Notes: generated by a model from the sequence alone, not told the origin. A stretch of 64,000 bases of DNA from an uncultured Eubacteriales bacterium (GCA_934541115.1 CAKTDF010000002.1:20630-84629), one strand, 5' to 3'. Positions 1 through 9,294 are shown, counted from the first letter of the stretch. Translations and numbers: made by a program.

Positions 1-539
1 ATTTCCACAGCCCCTGCGTCAAGCTTTGCGAGTTTCAAGAGGTTTTGGATAAGCCAACGCATTTTTTCAAGTTGACTTTGAATTATATCAACGAAGTCCT
101 TACGTTTTTCTGCCGATTGCTCTTCTTTAATTATATCTGTCATAACCATCATTGAAGTCAACGGAGTTTTGAGCTGATGAGAAATGTCTGTCATCGAATC
201 GGCAAGATACAGTTTGTCTTTTTTCAGCGCCTCGTTTTGATATTTCAGCATGGTTATGATTTTATAGAGATTGTTTTTCAATATTGAAAGCTCGCCTTCG
301 CTGTTATCGGGTAAATCAAGGTCAAAATTCCCCGAGCAGACTGCAGCAAGATAGTTATTAAGGCTACAGATCCTGTTAAAGCGCCTTTTTGTATATACTG
401 TGTATACGGTTATGACAGCAAAGCCGCAAAGCAGGCAGGCGATGCCGGGCACTATTCCGTATCCAAAGCATAAAGCCGAAAGCAAAAGAACGGCTGCCGA
501 GGAAATGAAAAATGTAATTTTAAAGTTTTTATCGTTCAT
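1..539 (-). CDS. Sensor histidine kinase, N-terminal part (gene continues beyond the left edge)
   Basis: The minus frame is open from ATG (comp. 537-539) to the window edge. Translation begins MNDKNFKITFFISSAAVLLLS..., with two hydrophobic segments and then the H-box ISHQLKTPLTSMM. The start overlaps the stop of the response regulator at 529. It is absent from the ORF track because it is truncated. Confidence 0.8.
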   Translation of the reverse strand, partial: MNDKNFKITFFISSAAVLLLSALCFGYGIVPGIACLLCGFAVITVYTVYTKRRFNRICSLNNYLAAVCSGNFDLDLPDNSEGELSILKNNLYKIITMLKYQNEALKKDKLYLADSMTDISHQLKTPLTSMMVMTDIIKEEQSAEKRKDFVDIIQSQLEKMRWLIQNLLKLAKLDAGAVE

Positions 540-1218
540 TTTCAATCATGTATCCCAAGCCGCGAACAGTTTTGATAATTGTCGGACATGCCGGATCCCT
601 TTCAATTTTGTCTCTCAAACGTTTTATATATACGGTCAACGTGTTGTCATTCACAAAGTCGCCGTCAACGTCCCATATATCTTCAAGCAGCTTGTTTCTT
701 GAAAGAACCTTGCCGCGATTATTTATGAAAGTGAGCAAAAGACGATACTCCATGGCGGTCAGAATAATTTCCGAACCGTCTTTTGTAACTTTTGCTTCGT
801 TTAAATTCACTGTAACATCTCCGAGATGAGCGGTTTGCATTGATTTGTCTTTTCCGCAGCGGCGTGTGACGCTTTTTATTCTTGCAATCAGTTCACGAAC
901 ACGGAATGGTTTTGATATATAATCGTCGGCGCCTATATCAAGCCCCATAACAACATTTACCTCGTCGTCATAGGCAGTCAGAAATATGACCGGAAAATCT
1001 CCACGGCTTTTTACAAGTCGGCAGACATCATATCCGCTTCCGTCCGGAAGATTTATGTCAAGAATATATAGGGAAAAGCTGTCTTTTTCAATTATTTTAA
1101 CAGCTTCGGCAACACTTTTTGCAAGAGTGACCGAGTATCCCTCGTTTTCAAGGGAATACTTTAATCCAATTCCGATTGCCTCATCGTCTTCAAGAAGAAA
1201 GATATTCATTAACAACAC
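529..1218 (-). CDS. OmpR/PhoB-family response regulator
   Basis: 229 aa. The receiver domain shows (LLEDDE...ILDINLPDGSG...KPF), followed by a winged-helix C-terminus (TVRGLGY). Confidence 0.92.
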   Translation of the reverse strand: MLLMNIFLLEDDEAIGIGLKYSLENEGYSVTLAKSVAEAVKIIEKDSFSLYILDINLPDGSGYDVCRLVKSRGDFPVIFLTAYDDEVNVVMGLDIGADDYISKPFRVRELIARIKSVTRRCGKDKSMQTAHLGDVTVNLNEAKVTKDGSEIILTAMEYRLLLTFINNRGKVLSRNKLLEDIWDVDGDFVNDNTLTVYIKRLRDKIERDPACPTIIKTVRGLGYMIENER

Positions 1219-1276
1219 CCCGTCTGATATGATATCACACTTAAAAGCTACTTTCCATTACAATTTAGTAACACTT

Positions 1277-1308
1277 CAAAAAACAAAACCGGCAACCGAA
1301 GTTGCCGG
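1277..1308 (-). terminator. Rho-independent terminator of the cytidylate-kinase-like gene
   Basis: On the minus strand the stem is CCGGCAAC-TTCG-GTTGCCGG, followed by TTTTGTTTTTT. It lies 10 nt after the stop at 1318. Confidence 0.8.
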
Positions 1309-1317
1309 AAAAATGTG

Positions 1318-1932
1318 TTATTTTTCAAACCATGTATTAGTATATGCCGCCAAACCGGGAACAAGCTTTTTGATTTCTTTTCCGGTTGTGTTGACGCAGA
1401 GATGGTAGCTTTCCATCTTTCCCCATGGAGAATCGGCAAGAAAGCTCCTGTGTCTTGCTCTTGCAGAGTCAATTTGCTTGATACGTTTTTCGTACTCGCG
1501 GCGGGTCATTTCTTCATTTTCGGGTGCACGGTCAATGCAGCGGTCGATCCTTGAATCCATGTCCGCGTGAACAAAAATGTTAAACGGCGAGTATTCGTTC
1601 AAAATAACATCTGCACTGCGGCCTACAATTACAAAATCTTCACCTTTGTGCGCAAGCTGAATAATAAAGCTCTGCTGCGCAACGAGCATTTTGGTGTAGT
1701 TCTGCTGATTGACATCCGTAAACGCAAAAGAGCGTCCGAAAGAGAACGGAAAAGACGAGGGACCTCCGGTTTCAAGCATCCTTTCAACATAACCTTCATC
1801 AAGCTCACTGTTTTTGGCAACAGCAGATATAATCTCTCTGTCATAATATGCGATTGAAAGCTCATCGGAAAGCCTTTTTCCCAGCTCGCGTCCGCCCGAA
1901 CCGAATTGCCTGCTGATTGTAATAATTCTCAC
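1318..1932 (-). CDS. Cytidylate kinase-like family protein (P-loop, Cytidylate_kin2-type)
   Basis: I chose a GTG start at 1932 (VRIITISRQFGSGGRELGKRLS...) with GGAAGGGAG upstream. The longer track ORF running to 2070 has no RBS and adds a non-homologous extension. Confidence 0.75.
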   Translation of the reverse strand: MRIITISRQFGSGGRELGKRLSDELSIAYYDREIISAVAKNSELDEGYVERMLETGGPSSFPFSFGRSFAFTDVNQQNYTKMLVAQQSFIIQLAHKGEDFVIVGRSADVILNEYSPFNIFVHADMDSRIDRCIDRAPENEEMTRREYEKRIKQIDSARARHRSFLADSPWGKMESYHLCVNTTGKEIKKLVPGLAAYTNTWFEK

Positions 1933-2058
1933 AAAAATACGCTCCCTTCCATGTATGGATATTTGCTTCACTGTTGATATATTACCATTTTTTGCGCGCC
2001 CTTGCAAGGAAAATACGGTAAAAATCACGAAAAAACTTGATGACAATTGTATTTGGTG

Positions 2059-2087
2059 TTGACACAGCAACGATAAAATGTTAAACT
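2059..2087 (+). promoter_or_regulatory. Sigma-A type promoter for the 2134 gene
   Basis: TTGACA (2059-2064), a 17-nt spacer, then TAAACT (2082-2087), with TGt immediately upstream of the -10. Confidence 0.55.
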
Positions 2088-2133
2088 AATTATGAACAAA
2101 ATGCCCTTATGTTTACAAAAAGGAGTTGTTTAT

Positions 2134-3576
2134 ATGAAAAAATTACTTTGTGTCGTTTTGTCTTTGATTCTTGCGGTTTCATCTTTCGGAACTGTTGCGC
2201 TTGCTGCCGATGGCAGCGGCGTCGGCGATTTCGGCTTTGACCTTTCGGAGCTTGTTACCGACAAGATCAATGAAATCGATTTTCAAAAGGCTCTTGAGGA
2301 TTACAACTTTGATGACAGCGTTCTCCCTGAGGATTATTATGGAGAAGACGGTCAGTATGACATTGAAGCGCTGATTCAGAGCGGTACTGCGCAGAACGTA
2401 TATATGTTCGGTCTTTCTCTCGATTTCCTTTATAATAGCACCGACGATTTGTTCTGGGCGACTCTGCCTTCCTCTGCCAATCCGAAGTGCACAAACTGCA
2501 AAAAGGAATTTCCTAAGGAAAGCGTACCCGATAATAAGTGCCCGGACTGCGGAAAGACACTCAAAACAGAGAATATCCGCAATGATATGGCGCTTGCCAA
2601 AGGTAATCTTAACCTTATGCTGCTGAAGATCATTAAGAATCATGCAGAGGGTAATAAGCTTTACAGCGATAAGAATGCAACAAGAATCTGTAACTTTATC
2701 GGTCATCTCTTTTATGAAAACTATACCGATCAGACCATAACCTTTGATGTGCCGGTCGTTGAAGACAACGAAGACACATTCTATGACACTATCTGCGAGC
2801 GCAGTGGTCTTGTTGATCTCATTCAGAAAAACTGGTGCAGCAACGGATCGCTCAATTATAAACCGCTTCTTTATACTTTCGGCGTCAGATTCAGCGAGCT
2901 TCCCGCGCCGGAAAGAGATATCCGCAACGCCAAGATCGTTTCAAGATTTCTTTTGAAAGCAATTATTACGTCTGTTCTTGAGCGTGGACCGGTCAATTAT
3001 CTTCTTGACGTTGTTTGGGCTTTTGCAAGAACTTACACTCTTTTCTTCTATGAACCGGTTAAGGCTCTTTTCAGTATCAAAATTGCCAGCGGTGTAATTA
3101 CCGAGGAAGAGTTGCTCACTTTCAAGGGTCTTCTTAATCTTATCGCAAATAATAATGACAAGAGCAATACAAGCAAGCTTCAGTTTGTCACTCCTCCTGT
3201 TTATAGATTTGCGAACTCAAGAGATACAGTTGAGCTGTTTCTTTATCTCATGATTTACCTCAACCTTGTTGGAAAACATTCAACCAATCCGTCAGCTGTT
3301 GACGGAATTAAGGGTAAAATTACCTCAAATTCTGAGCTTGACAGCAAGGAAAAAGACAGGCTTATTAAGGTTACCGACGGAATGTTCTGCGGAAATTTGA
3401 AAGATCTTGTTCCCGAACTTTCAAATTATATGATCGAGAATATTTCTGAGGCAAATGAAACGATTTGGGATAACTTTATCAAGTTCCTTAAAAACTTTAT
3501 AAATGGCTTTGTAAAAATAATTGACAGAATTTATAAAAACTTTAAGGATATCGGAAACTGGGGAAAAGGCGAATAA
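2134..3576 (+). CDS. Hypothetical secreted protein with an internal CxxC-N15-CxxC zinc-ribbon-like knuckle
   Basis: The start at MKKLLCVVLSLILAVSSFGTVALA-AD looks like a type I signal peptide, and AAAGGAG sits 8 nt upstream. I recognise no family. The motif CTNCKKEFPKESVPDNKCPDCGK is present. Confidence 0.7.
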   Translation: MKKLLCVVLSLILAVSSFGTVALAADGSGVGDFGFDLSELVTDKINEIDFQKALEDYNFDDSVLPEDYYGEDGQYDIEALIQSGTAQNVYMFGLSLDFLYNSTDDLFWATLPSSANPKCTNCKKEFPKESVPDNKCPDCGKTLKTENIRNDMALAKGNLNLMLLKIIKNHAEGNKLYSDKNATRICNFIGHLFYENYTDQTITFDVPVVEDNEDTFYDTICERSGLVDLIQKNWCSNGSLNYKPLLYTFGVRFSELPAPERDIRNAKIVSRFLLKAIITSVLERGPVNYLLDVVWAFARTYTLFFYEPVKALFSIKIASGVITEEELLTFKGLLNLIANNNDKSNTSKLQFVTPPVYRFANSRDTVELFLYLMIYLNLVGKHSTNPSAVDGIKGKITSNSELDSKEKDRLIKVTDGMFCGNLKDLVPELSNYMIENISEANETIWDNFIKFLKNFINGFVKIIDRIYKNFKDIGNWGKGE

Positions 3577-3606
3577 TTTGCGTTGATTTGTAAATTATAA
3601 AAATAG

Positions 3607-3650
3607 GCTCGGACAGCTGATGATGCTTCGGCTGTTCGGGCTGTATTTTT
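3607..3650 (+). terminator. Rho-independent terminator after the 2134-3576 gene
   Basis: An 11-bp stem pairs GCTCGGACAGC with GCTGTTCGGGC (one G:U), followed by TGTATTTTT. Confidence 0.65.
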
Positions 3651-3667
3651 ATAAAGGTGGTATTTTT

Positions 3668-3838
3668 ATGAACTGTAACGATGCTAACAAGTCAATCGGC
3701 TGCACTGTTGAAAAATGTGCTCATCATTGTCATTCCGAAAACTACTGCACACTTAATCAGGTTTCAATCGGTTCACATGAAACCGATCCGAAAGTTTGTC
3801 AGTGCGTTGACTGTGAATCTTTCGTACCGAGATCATAA
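3668..3838 (+). CDS. DUF1540 domain-containing small Cys/His-rich protein
   Basis: 56 aa: MNCNDANKSIGCTVEKCAHHCHSENYCTLNQVSIG...CQCVDCESF. The RBS AAAGGTGG is upstream. The pattern matches the DUF1540 family as I remember it. Confidence 0.7.
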   Translation: MNCNDANKSIGCTVEKCAHHCHSENYCTLNQVSIGSHETDPKVCQCVDCESFVPRS

Positions 3839-3852
3839 CATCAACCTAACAA

Positions 3853-3895
3853 AATCCGCCGGCGCAGAGCTTGCCCCGGCGGATTCTTTTTCTTG
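3853..3895 (+). terminator. Rho-independent terminator after the DUF1540 gene
   Basis: The stem is AATCCGCCGG...CCGGCGGATT (10 bp), followed by CTTTTTCTT. Confidence 0.85.
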
Positions 3896-3921
3896 ACAAA
3901 ACAGTTGCTCACAAATAAAAT
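3893..3921 (+). promoter_or_regulatory. Sigma-A type promoter for tmcAL
   Basis: TTGACA (3893-3898), a 17-nt spacer, then TAAAAT (3916-3921). The -10 overlaps the ATG at 3920, which argues for the downstream TTG start. Confidence 0.55.
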
Positions 3922-3943
3922 GAATCACAGAGGAGATGAGAAC

Positions 3944-5125
3944 TTGAAAGTTGCCGGAATTATATGTGAATACAATCCGTTTCACAACGGACACTTGTAT
4001 CAACTTGAGCAGACGCAAAAAAATGCAACGCACATAGTTTGCGCAATGAGCGGGAATTATGTTCAGCGCGGAGATATGGCAGTTGTCGATAAGTGGACAA
4101 GGGCAAAGGCTGCCGTGCTTTGCGGCGCAGATCTTGTTATTGAATTGCCGACTCCGTGGGCGTGCTCATCGGCAGAAAACTTCGCTGCATGCGGTGTATA
4201 TCTCCTCTCAGCTTTAAAGACAGATATGCTTTCGTTTGGCTGCGAAACCGATAATGTAAAAATTCTTGAAAAGGCAGCATTGGCGGTTGACTCATCGGAA
4301 ATAGGTACGCATATAAAAGGAGAAATGTCGCGAGGTCTTACATATCCCGCGGCGCTAAGAAAAGCCGTGTGCACCCTTTGCGGAGAAGAAATTGCCGCTG
4401 TTTTAGATGAGCCAAATAATACGCTTGCCGTTGAATATATACGTCAGAGCAAAAAAATGAACATTGCTTTTGAGTATCTTTCGATAAAAAGAAGCGGTTC
4501 AAAACATTCTGACGAAAATCCTTTTAACAGTTACATTGCCAGTGCTGCAGCTCTCAGACGGCTTGAAAATGTTAATGAACTTGAAAATTTTATTCCGAGT
4601 GCTATGCTTGAAGGTTTAACTTTGCGCGAGAGGGAAGGGTTGTATCCTCAAAGAGTCGAAAACGCCGAGAGGGTGATTCTGAGCTTTTTGCGGCAGATGA
4701 GTCAGGAAGAAATGTGGGCGTTTATTTCTGATGAAAACGGTCTTGCCATGCGGCTTTATCGTGCGTCGAGAAATGCAACTTCGTTCGATGAGCTCATCAA
4801 AGCCGTTAAGGTGAAAAGTATAACGCTCGCGGCGGTGAGACGTGCAGTTTTTTCTTGCTTTCTTAAAATTCCTGCCGATATCGCCAAAAAGACGCCGCCA
4901 TATGTCAAGGTTTTGGCAATGAATAAAAAGGGAGCGGAAATAATCAAAAACAGCAACTGTGTTCTGCCGATTATTTCAAGATACTCACAGGTTTCAAGTC
5001 TGTCGGATTACGGCAAAAAAATTTATTCTCTCGAGTGCTCATGTACCGATCTGTATTCGCTCTTTTCAAAAAAAATATCGGGCTGTTCACGTGAGCAAAC
5101 AAGCCCGATATTCGTAATCGATTAA
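3944..5125 (+). CDS. tmcAL: tRNA(Met) cytidine acetate ligase (YlbM/TmcAL family nucleotidyltransferase)
   Basis: KVAGIICEYNPFHNGHLYQLEQ is the family signature. A TTG start at 3944 has AGGAG 8 nt upstream and gives an N-terminus like B. subtilis MKAVGLVVEYNPFHNGH. The ATG at 3920 is an alternative. Confidence 0.88.
   Translation: MKVAGIICEYNPFHNGHLYQLEQTQKNATHIVCAMSGNYVQRGDMAVVDKWTRAKAAVLCGADLVIELPTPWACSSAENFAACGVYLLSALKTDMLSFGCETDNVKILEKAALAVDSSEIGTHIKGEMSRGLTYPAALRKAVCTLCGEEIAAVLDEPNNTLAVEYIRQSKKMNIAFEYLSIKRSGSKHSDENPFNSYIASAAALRRLENVNELENFIPSAMLEGLTLREREGLYPQRVENAERVILSFLRQMSQEEMWAFISDENGLAMRLYRASRNATSFDELIKAVKVKSITLAAVRRAVFSCFLKIPADIAKKTPPYVKVLAMNKKGAEIIKNSNCVLPIISRYSQVSSLSDYGKKIYSLECSCTDLYSLFSKKISGCSREQTSPIFVID
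5066..5111 (-). terminator. Rho-independent terminator of mtaB, embedded in the 3' end of the tmcAL CDS
   Basis: On the minus strand a 10-bp stem (5102-5111 pairing with 5075-5084) is followed by T8, the complement of the A-run at 5068-5075. It begins 11 nt after the mtaB stop. Confidence 0.7.
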
Positions 5126-6411
5126 ATGACTTCTCCGATATTCCAATCCGCGCCTACTCCGGTGAGTTTGACGTCTGCTATTTTTCCGCAAAGATTACGA
5201 TCGGCAAGAACCTTAACAGGCGTGTAATTTGCTGTGTGCCCGAGAAGCATACCGTCCCGTTCTTTACTTTCAAAAAGAACGGGAAAAATTTTTCCAACCT
5301 GAGAGGCGAGAAATCTCTGGCGCGCTTTTTCGCATTCCTCAATCATGGCGGTTGAGCGTTTTTCTTTGACGGCCTTCGGAAGATGACCGTCCATTTTTTC
5401 CGCCCTTGTACCCGTTCTTATTGAGTATGGAAAGACGTGAACCTTTTCAAAGCCTATTGATTTGACAAAATTCAGACTTTCTTCAAAGTCTCCCTCGGTT
5501 TCGCCGCAAAAGCCAACCATCACGTCTGTTGTCAATGCGCAATCATCGAAATGCTGACGGAGAGAATCGCAAAGCTCTTTAAATTCTTCTGCGGTGTAAT
5601 GCCGGTTCATACGCTTGAGAGTGTTGTTGCAGCCGCTTTGAAGTGAAATATGAAACTGCGGACAAAGCTTTTTACATTTTGAAAGCCTCTCAACAACATC
5701 ATGTGTCAGATGATCCGGCTCAAGGGAGCCGAGGCGTACACGTTCAATGCCCTTGACCGAACAGGCGAGTTCAACAGCACTCGGAAAGCCCTCTCCGATG
5801 TCTTGACCATATGATGAGAGGTTTATTCCAACAAGGACGACCTCTTTGTATCCGGCAGAGGCCAGTGATTCAAGCTCGGATTTTAAAATGTTAAGCGGCT
5901 TTGAGCGTACACGTCCCCGAGAAACGGGAATGATGCAATATGAGCAAAATCGATTACAGCCGTCTTGAATTTTAACATATGCCCGTGTTCTCTCGTTGAA
6001 AGATGTGACCGGACAGATGTCGAACTCTTCACCGGTATTGTGCTGCGATGTTGCCACACGGCGCTGTCTGTCGCGTAAAAACGCCTCCAGCAGTTCCGGC
6101 AACTCACCGTTATTTTTGTTGCCGATTACTATATCGGCTTCCGCCAAGCTTTCAGCGGCTTTCGGATATGCCTGCGGCATGCAGCCGGTCAACACAACGA
6201 CGGCTCCGGGATTATTTCGCTTAAATCTGCGGACGGCCTGGCGTGTCTTTCTGTCGGACTCCGCCGTGACCGTGCATGAATTGATGATATAGACATCGGC
6301 AGGCTCGCCGTCAGAGGTCGCTTCATATCCGAATTTAATGAGCAACTCGCCCAGAGCCTGACTTTCATATTGATTGACCTTGCATCCGAGCGTATAAAAA
6401 GAAAACTTCAT
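5122..6411 (-). CDS. mtaB: tRNA (N6-threonylcarbamoyladenosine-37) methylthiotransferase MtaB (radical SAM)
   Basis: The start is MKFSFYTLGCKVNQYESQAL, with the radical-SAM motif CNRFCSYC. The ATG is at 6411 with GAGGA upstream. Confidence 0.88.
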   Translation of the reverse strand: MKFSFYTLGCKVNQYESQALGELLIKFGYEATSDGEPADVYIINSCTVTAESDRKTRQAVRRFKRNNPGAVVVLTGCMPQAYPKAAESLAEADIVIGNKNNGELPELLEAFLRDRQRRVATSQHNTGEEFDICPVTSFNERTRAYVKIQDGCNRFCSYCIIPVSRGRVRSKPLNILKSELESLASAGYKEVVLVGINLSSYGQDIGEGFPSAVELACSVKGIERVRLGSLEPDHLTHDVVERLSKCKKLCPQFHISLQSGCNNTLKRMNRHYTAEEFKELCDSLRQHFDDCALTTDVMVGFCGETEGDFEESLNFVKSIGFEKVHVFPYSIRTGTRAEKMDGHLPKAVKEKRSTAMIEECEKARQRFLASQVGKIFPVLFESKERDGMLLGHTANYTPVKVLADRNLCGKIADVKLTGVGADWNIGEVI

Positions 6412-6465
6412 TGATATCCTCGCAAACTTGATATGTTTCAGCAGAATAACCCACTGTATCATCAA

Positions 6466-6494
6466 ATTATAAAACAAACTTGTCCTCTTTTCAA
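6466..6494 (-). promoter_or_regulatory. Sigma-A type promoter for mtaB
   Basis: On the minus strand: TTGAAA (comp. 6489-6494), a 17-nt spacer, then TATAAT (comp. 6466-6471). Confidence 0.55.
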
Positions 6495-6550
6495 CAGCTT
6501 TGTTTTATTTTTCTGCATTTTATCATATATAATTGTGAGGAGTTGATGAC

Positions 6551-7837
6551 ATGAAAAGAATATTTTCAATAATTTTTTGCATTATAATAATGATATCGTC
6601 GCTCACAATGCTATCATCTGCCGAGAAAGATAATAAAAACGTATCCGTTAAGTCAAAAAGTTATGTTCTTATGGATGTTTCTCAAAAAAAGCTTTTGCTT
6701 GGCAGTAATGAACATGAAAGACTGTATCCCGCTTCCGTTACGAAAATCATGACGTTGCTTTTAGTCATTGAAAATGTTGACTGCGGAAAAATCAACTTGA
6801 CCGATAATGTTACGGCAAGTACGGTAGCGGCAGGAAAAGGCGGTTCGCAAATATGGCTGAAAGAGGGAGAAACAATGACGGTTGACGAGCTTCTCAGAGC
6901 TTCGGCAATCGGCAGTGCCAATGATGCCTGCACAGCTCTTGCGGAGTATATTGCAGGCAGCGAAGAGGGTTTTGTAAAACTCATGAATGAGCGTGCAAAA
7001 GAGCTTGGAATGAACGATACGCATTTTGAAAACTGCACAGGTCTTGACGATGACACAACAGAGCATTTGACAAGTGCATATGATATTGCCTTGATGTCTT
7101 GTGAGCTGCTGAAGCACGAGAGAATAATGAATTATACAACCGTATGGATGGATCAGCTGCGTTCCGGAGCAACTGAACTTGTTAATACGAATAAGCTTGT
7201 TCGTTTTTATAAGGGCACAACCGGACTTAAAACCGGAACGACCTCAAAGGCAGGACATTGCGTTTCTGCGAGTGCAATGCGGAACGGTTTGCACCTTGTT
7301 GCGGTTGTTCTCGGCGCCGAGAACAGTACGGATCGTTTTGAGGGTGCAAAATCGCTGTTGAATTGGGGCTTTGCAAATTATGAAACTGTTACACCGAAGG
7401 TCGATGAAAAACTGATTACCGATGTTACGGTTTTACGCGGTGTGGAAAATAAAATTACACCAAAGCTTGAAACGATACTCCCAATGACGCTTGAAAGCGG
7501 AAAAGGAACAAAACTTGAGCCAAAAATTGACCTTGCCGTGAATGTTGAAGCTCCGGTCGAGGAGGGACAGATGCTTGGTTCCGTCAGCTTTTTTATCGGA
7601 GAAGAAAAGGTGGCAAGCTATTCGCTTACAGCTCCGTTTGCCGTAAGGAAAATGACATTGACAGATATGATGAAACGTTTGCTGTCATCACTTTGCTTTA
7701 GGTGTGAAAATGGCGATATGAACGGCGAGGAGACAGCGACTTCACAAACGCAGAGCGTCAAGCCCACTGATGAATCGAAAAAAGGCACCGATTTAACAAG
7801 AGGTACGGCTGAAAGCAATACAACCAAACTCAATTAA
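6551..7837 (+). CDS. D-alanyl-D-alanine carboxypeptidase (serine-type, PBP5 family)
   Basis: It has a signal/anchor sequence, the SxxK motif (PASVTKIMT), SAND/SxN and KTGTT, plus the PBP5 C-terminal domain and a polar tail. Confidence 0.9.
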   Translation: MKRIFSIIFCIIIMISSLTMLSSAEKDNKNVSVKSKSYVLMDVSQKKLLLGSNEHERLYPASVTKIMTLLLVIENVDCGKINLTDNVTASTVAAGKGGSQIWLKEGETMTVDELLRASAIGSANDACTALAEYIAGSEEGFVKLMNERAKELGMNDTHFENCTGLDDDTTEHLTSAYDIALMSCELLKHERIMNYTTVWMDQLRSGATELVNTNKLVRFYKGTTGLKTGTTSKAGHCVSASAMRNGLHLVAVVLGAENSTDRFEGAKSLLNWGFANYETVTPKVDEKLITDVTVLRGVENKITPKLETILPMTLESGKGTKLEPKIDLAVNVEAPVEEGQMLGSVSFFIGEEKVASYSLTAPFAVRKMTLTDMMKRLLSSLCFRCENGDMNGEETATSQTQSVKPTDESKKGTDLTRGTAESNTTKLN

Positions 7838-7859
7838 AACGATTTAAAGTGCTAAACAG

Positions 7860-7888
7860 TTGACAAATTTTTACAAATGTATTAAAAT
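7860..7888 (+). promoter_or_regulatory. Sigma-A type promoter for pgi
   Basis: TTGACA (7860-7865), a 17-nt spacer, then TAAAAT (7883-7888). Confidence 0.6.
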
Positions 7889-7953
7889 ACACAAATAAAC
7901 CATTTTGCGGCAGACAGCACAGTTATGTCATACCGATGTTGGAGGAATATGTA

Positions 7954-9294
7954 ATGTCAGTAAAATTAACAGACAAGTACGTCTCTTCTTTTTTGACGGA
8001 AAGTGAAATAGATTTATATGCCGAAAAAATTAAAAATGCACACACCATGCTTCATGAAAAAAGCGGTGCAGGCAGTGATTTTACAGGCTGGGTAGACCTG
8101 CCGTTAGACTATGATAAAGACGAATTTTCAAGAATCAAAGCTGCTGCAAAGAAGATTGCAAACGACAGCGAGATCCTTGTTGTTATCGGTATCGGCGGTT
8201 CATACCTCGGAGCAAGGGCTGTTATTGAGTTCATTAAATCTCAGAATTATAATGCACTTCGCAAAGGAACGCCGGCGGTTTATTTTTCCGGCAACAGTAT
8301 AAGCTCAACCGCACTTTCGGAACTCATTGAAATCTGCGACGGCAAGGATTTTTCAGTCAATGTTATTTCAAAATCCGGCACAACAACAGAGCCGGCGATT
8401 GCCTTCCGCGTCTTTCGTGAGATGCTCATTGAAAAGTACGGCAAAGAGGGCGCAGCAGGCAGAATCTACGTTACAACGGATAAATCAAAAGGTACCCTCA
8501 AGTCGCTCGCAGACAAAGAAGGCTATCAGACCTTTGTTGTTCCTGATGATGTCGGCGGCAGATATTCGGTTTTGACCGCTGTCGGACTTCTTCCTATAGC
8601 TGCTGCAGGGATTGATATTGACGCACTTATGAGCGGTGCTGCTTCAGCTGCAAAGGAGCTTATGAGCACTTCCATTGAAGAAAATGACTGCTACAAATAT
8701 GTTGCGTTGCGTAATGCGCTTTATAACAAGGGTAAGTGCACTGAAATGTTCATCGCGTATGAGCCGTGTTTTACTATGATGAACGAATGGATGAAACAGC
8801 TTTTCGGCGAAAGCGAAGGAAAAGAAGGCAAAGGGCTTTTCCCAACATCGGCTATTTTTTCAACCGATCTTCATTCCCTCGGTCAGTATATCCAGCAGGG
8901 CGAAAGACTCATGTTTGAAACCGTTTTCCATTTTGAAAAGCCACAAAAAGAGCTTTATATTAAGGAAGAAGCCGGAAATATTGATGGACTTAACTTCCTT
9001 GCCGGAAAATCGATGTCTTTTGTCAATGAAAAAGCATTTGAGGGTACGGTTCTTGCTCATAATGACGGCGGAGTTCCGAATATTGTTCTCAATATTGAAA
9101 AGCCCGATGAAGAAAATCTCGGCTATCTTATATATTTTCTTGAAAAGGCATGTGCAATTTCCGGTTATGTTCTCGGTATAAACCCGTTTGATCAGCCCGG
9201 AGTTGAAAGCTATAAAAAGAATATGTTTGCGCTTCTTGGCAAACCCGGCTATGAAAAAGAAAAAGAAAGTCTTGAACAAAGGCTTTCTATGTGA
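7954..9294 (+). CDS. pgi: Glucose-6-phosphate isomerase
   Basis: A 446-aa Firmicute-type PGI ([19 protein letters not shown]...). The ATG at 7954 has GGAGG 8 nt upstream. Confidence 0.95.
   Translation: MSVKLTDKYVSSFLTESEIDLYAEKIKNAHTMLHEKSGAGSDFTGWVDLPLDYDKDEFSRIKAAAKKIANDSEILVVIGIGGSYLGARAVIEFIKSQNYNALRKGTPAVYFSGNSISSTALSELIEICDGKDFSVNVISKSGTTTEPAIAFRVFREMLIEKYGKEGAAGRIYVTTDKSKGTLKSLADKEGYQTFVVPDDVGGRYSVLTAVGLLPIAAAGIDIDALMSGAASAAKELMSTSIEENDCYKYVALRNALYNKGKCTEMFIAYEPCFTMMNEWMKQLFGESEGKEGKGLFPTSAIFSTDLHSLGQYIQQGERLMFETVFHFEKPQKELYIKEEAGNIDGLNFLAGKSMSFVNEKAFEGTVLAHNDGGVPNIVLNIEKPDEENLGYLIYFLEKACAISGYVLGINPFDQPGVESYKKNMFALLGKPGYEKEKESLEQRLSM

Noticed and set aside
1933-2070. An upstream extension of the cytidylate-kinase-like ORF (the track start at 2070).
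   Set aside because: The family's P-loop (ISRQFGSGG) normally sits within the first ~12 residues. The GTG at 1932 has a strong GGAAGGGAG RBS. The extension would also run through the divergent promoter region.
2179-2706. A 175-aa minus-strand ORF overlapping the 5' third of the 2134-3576 gene.
   Set aside because: The + strand ORF is three times longer and has a promoter, an RBS, a signal peptide and a terminator. The minus ORF has none of these.
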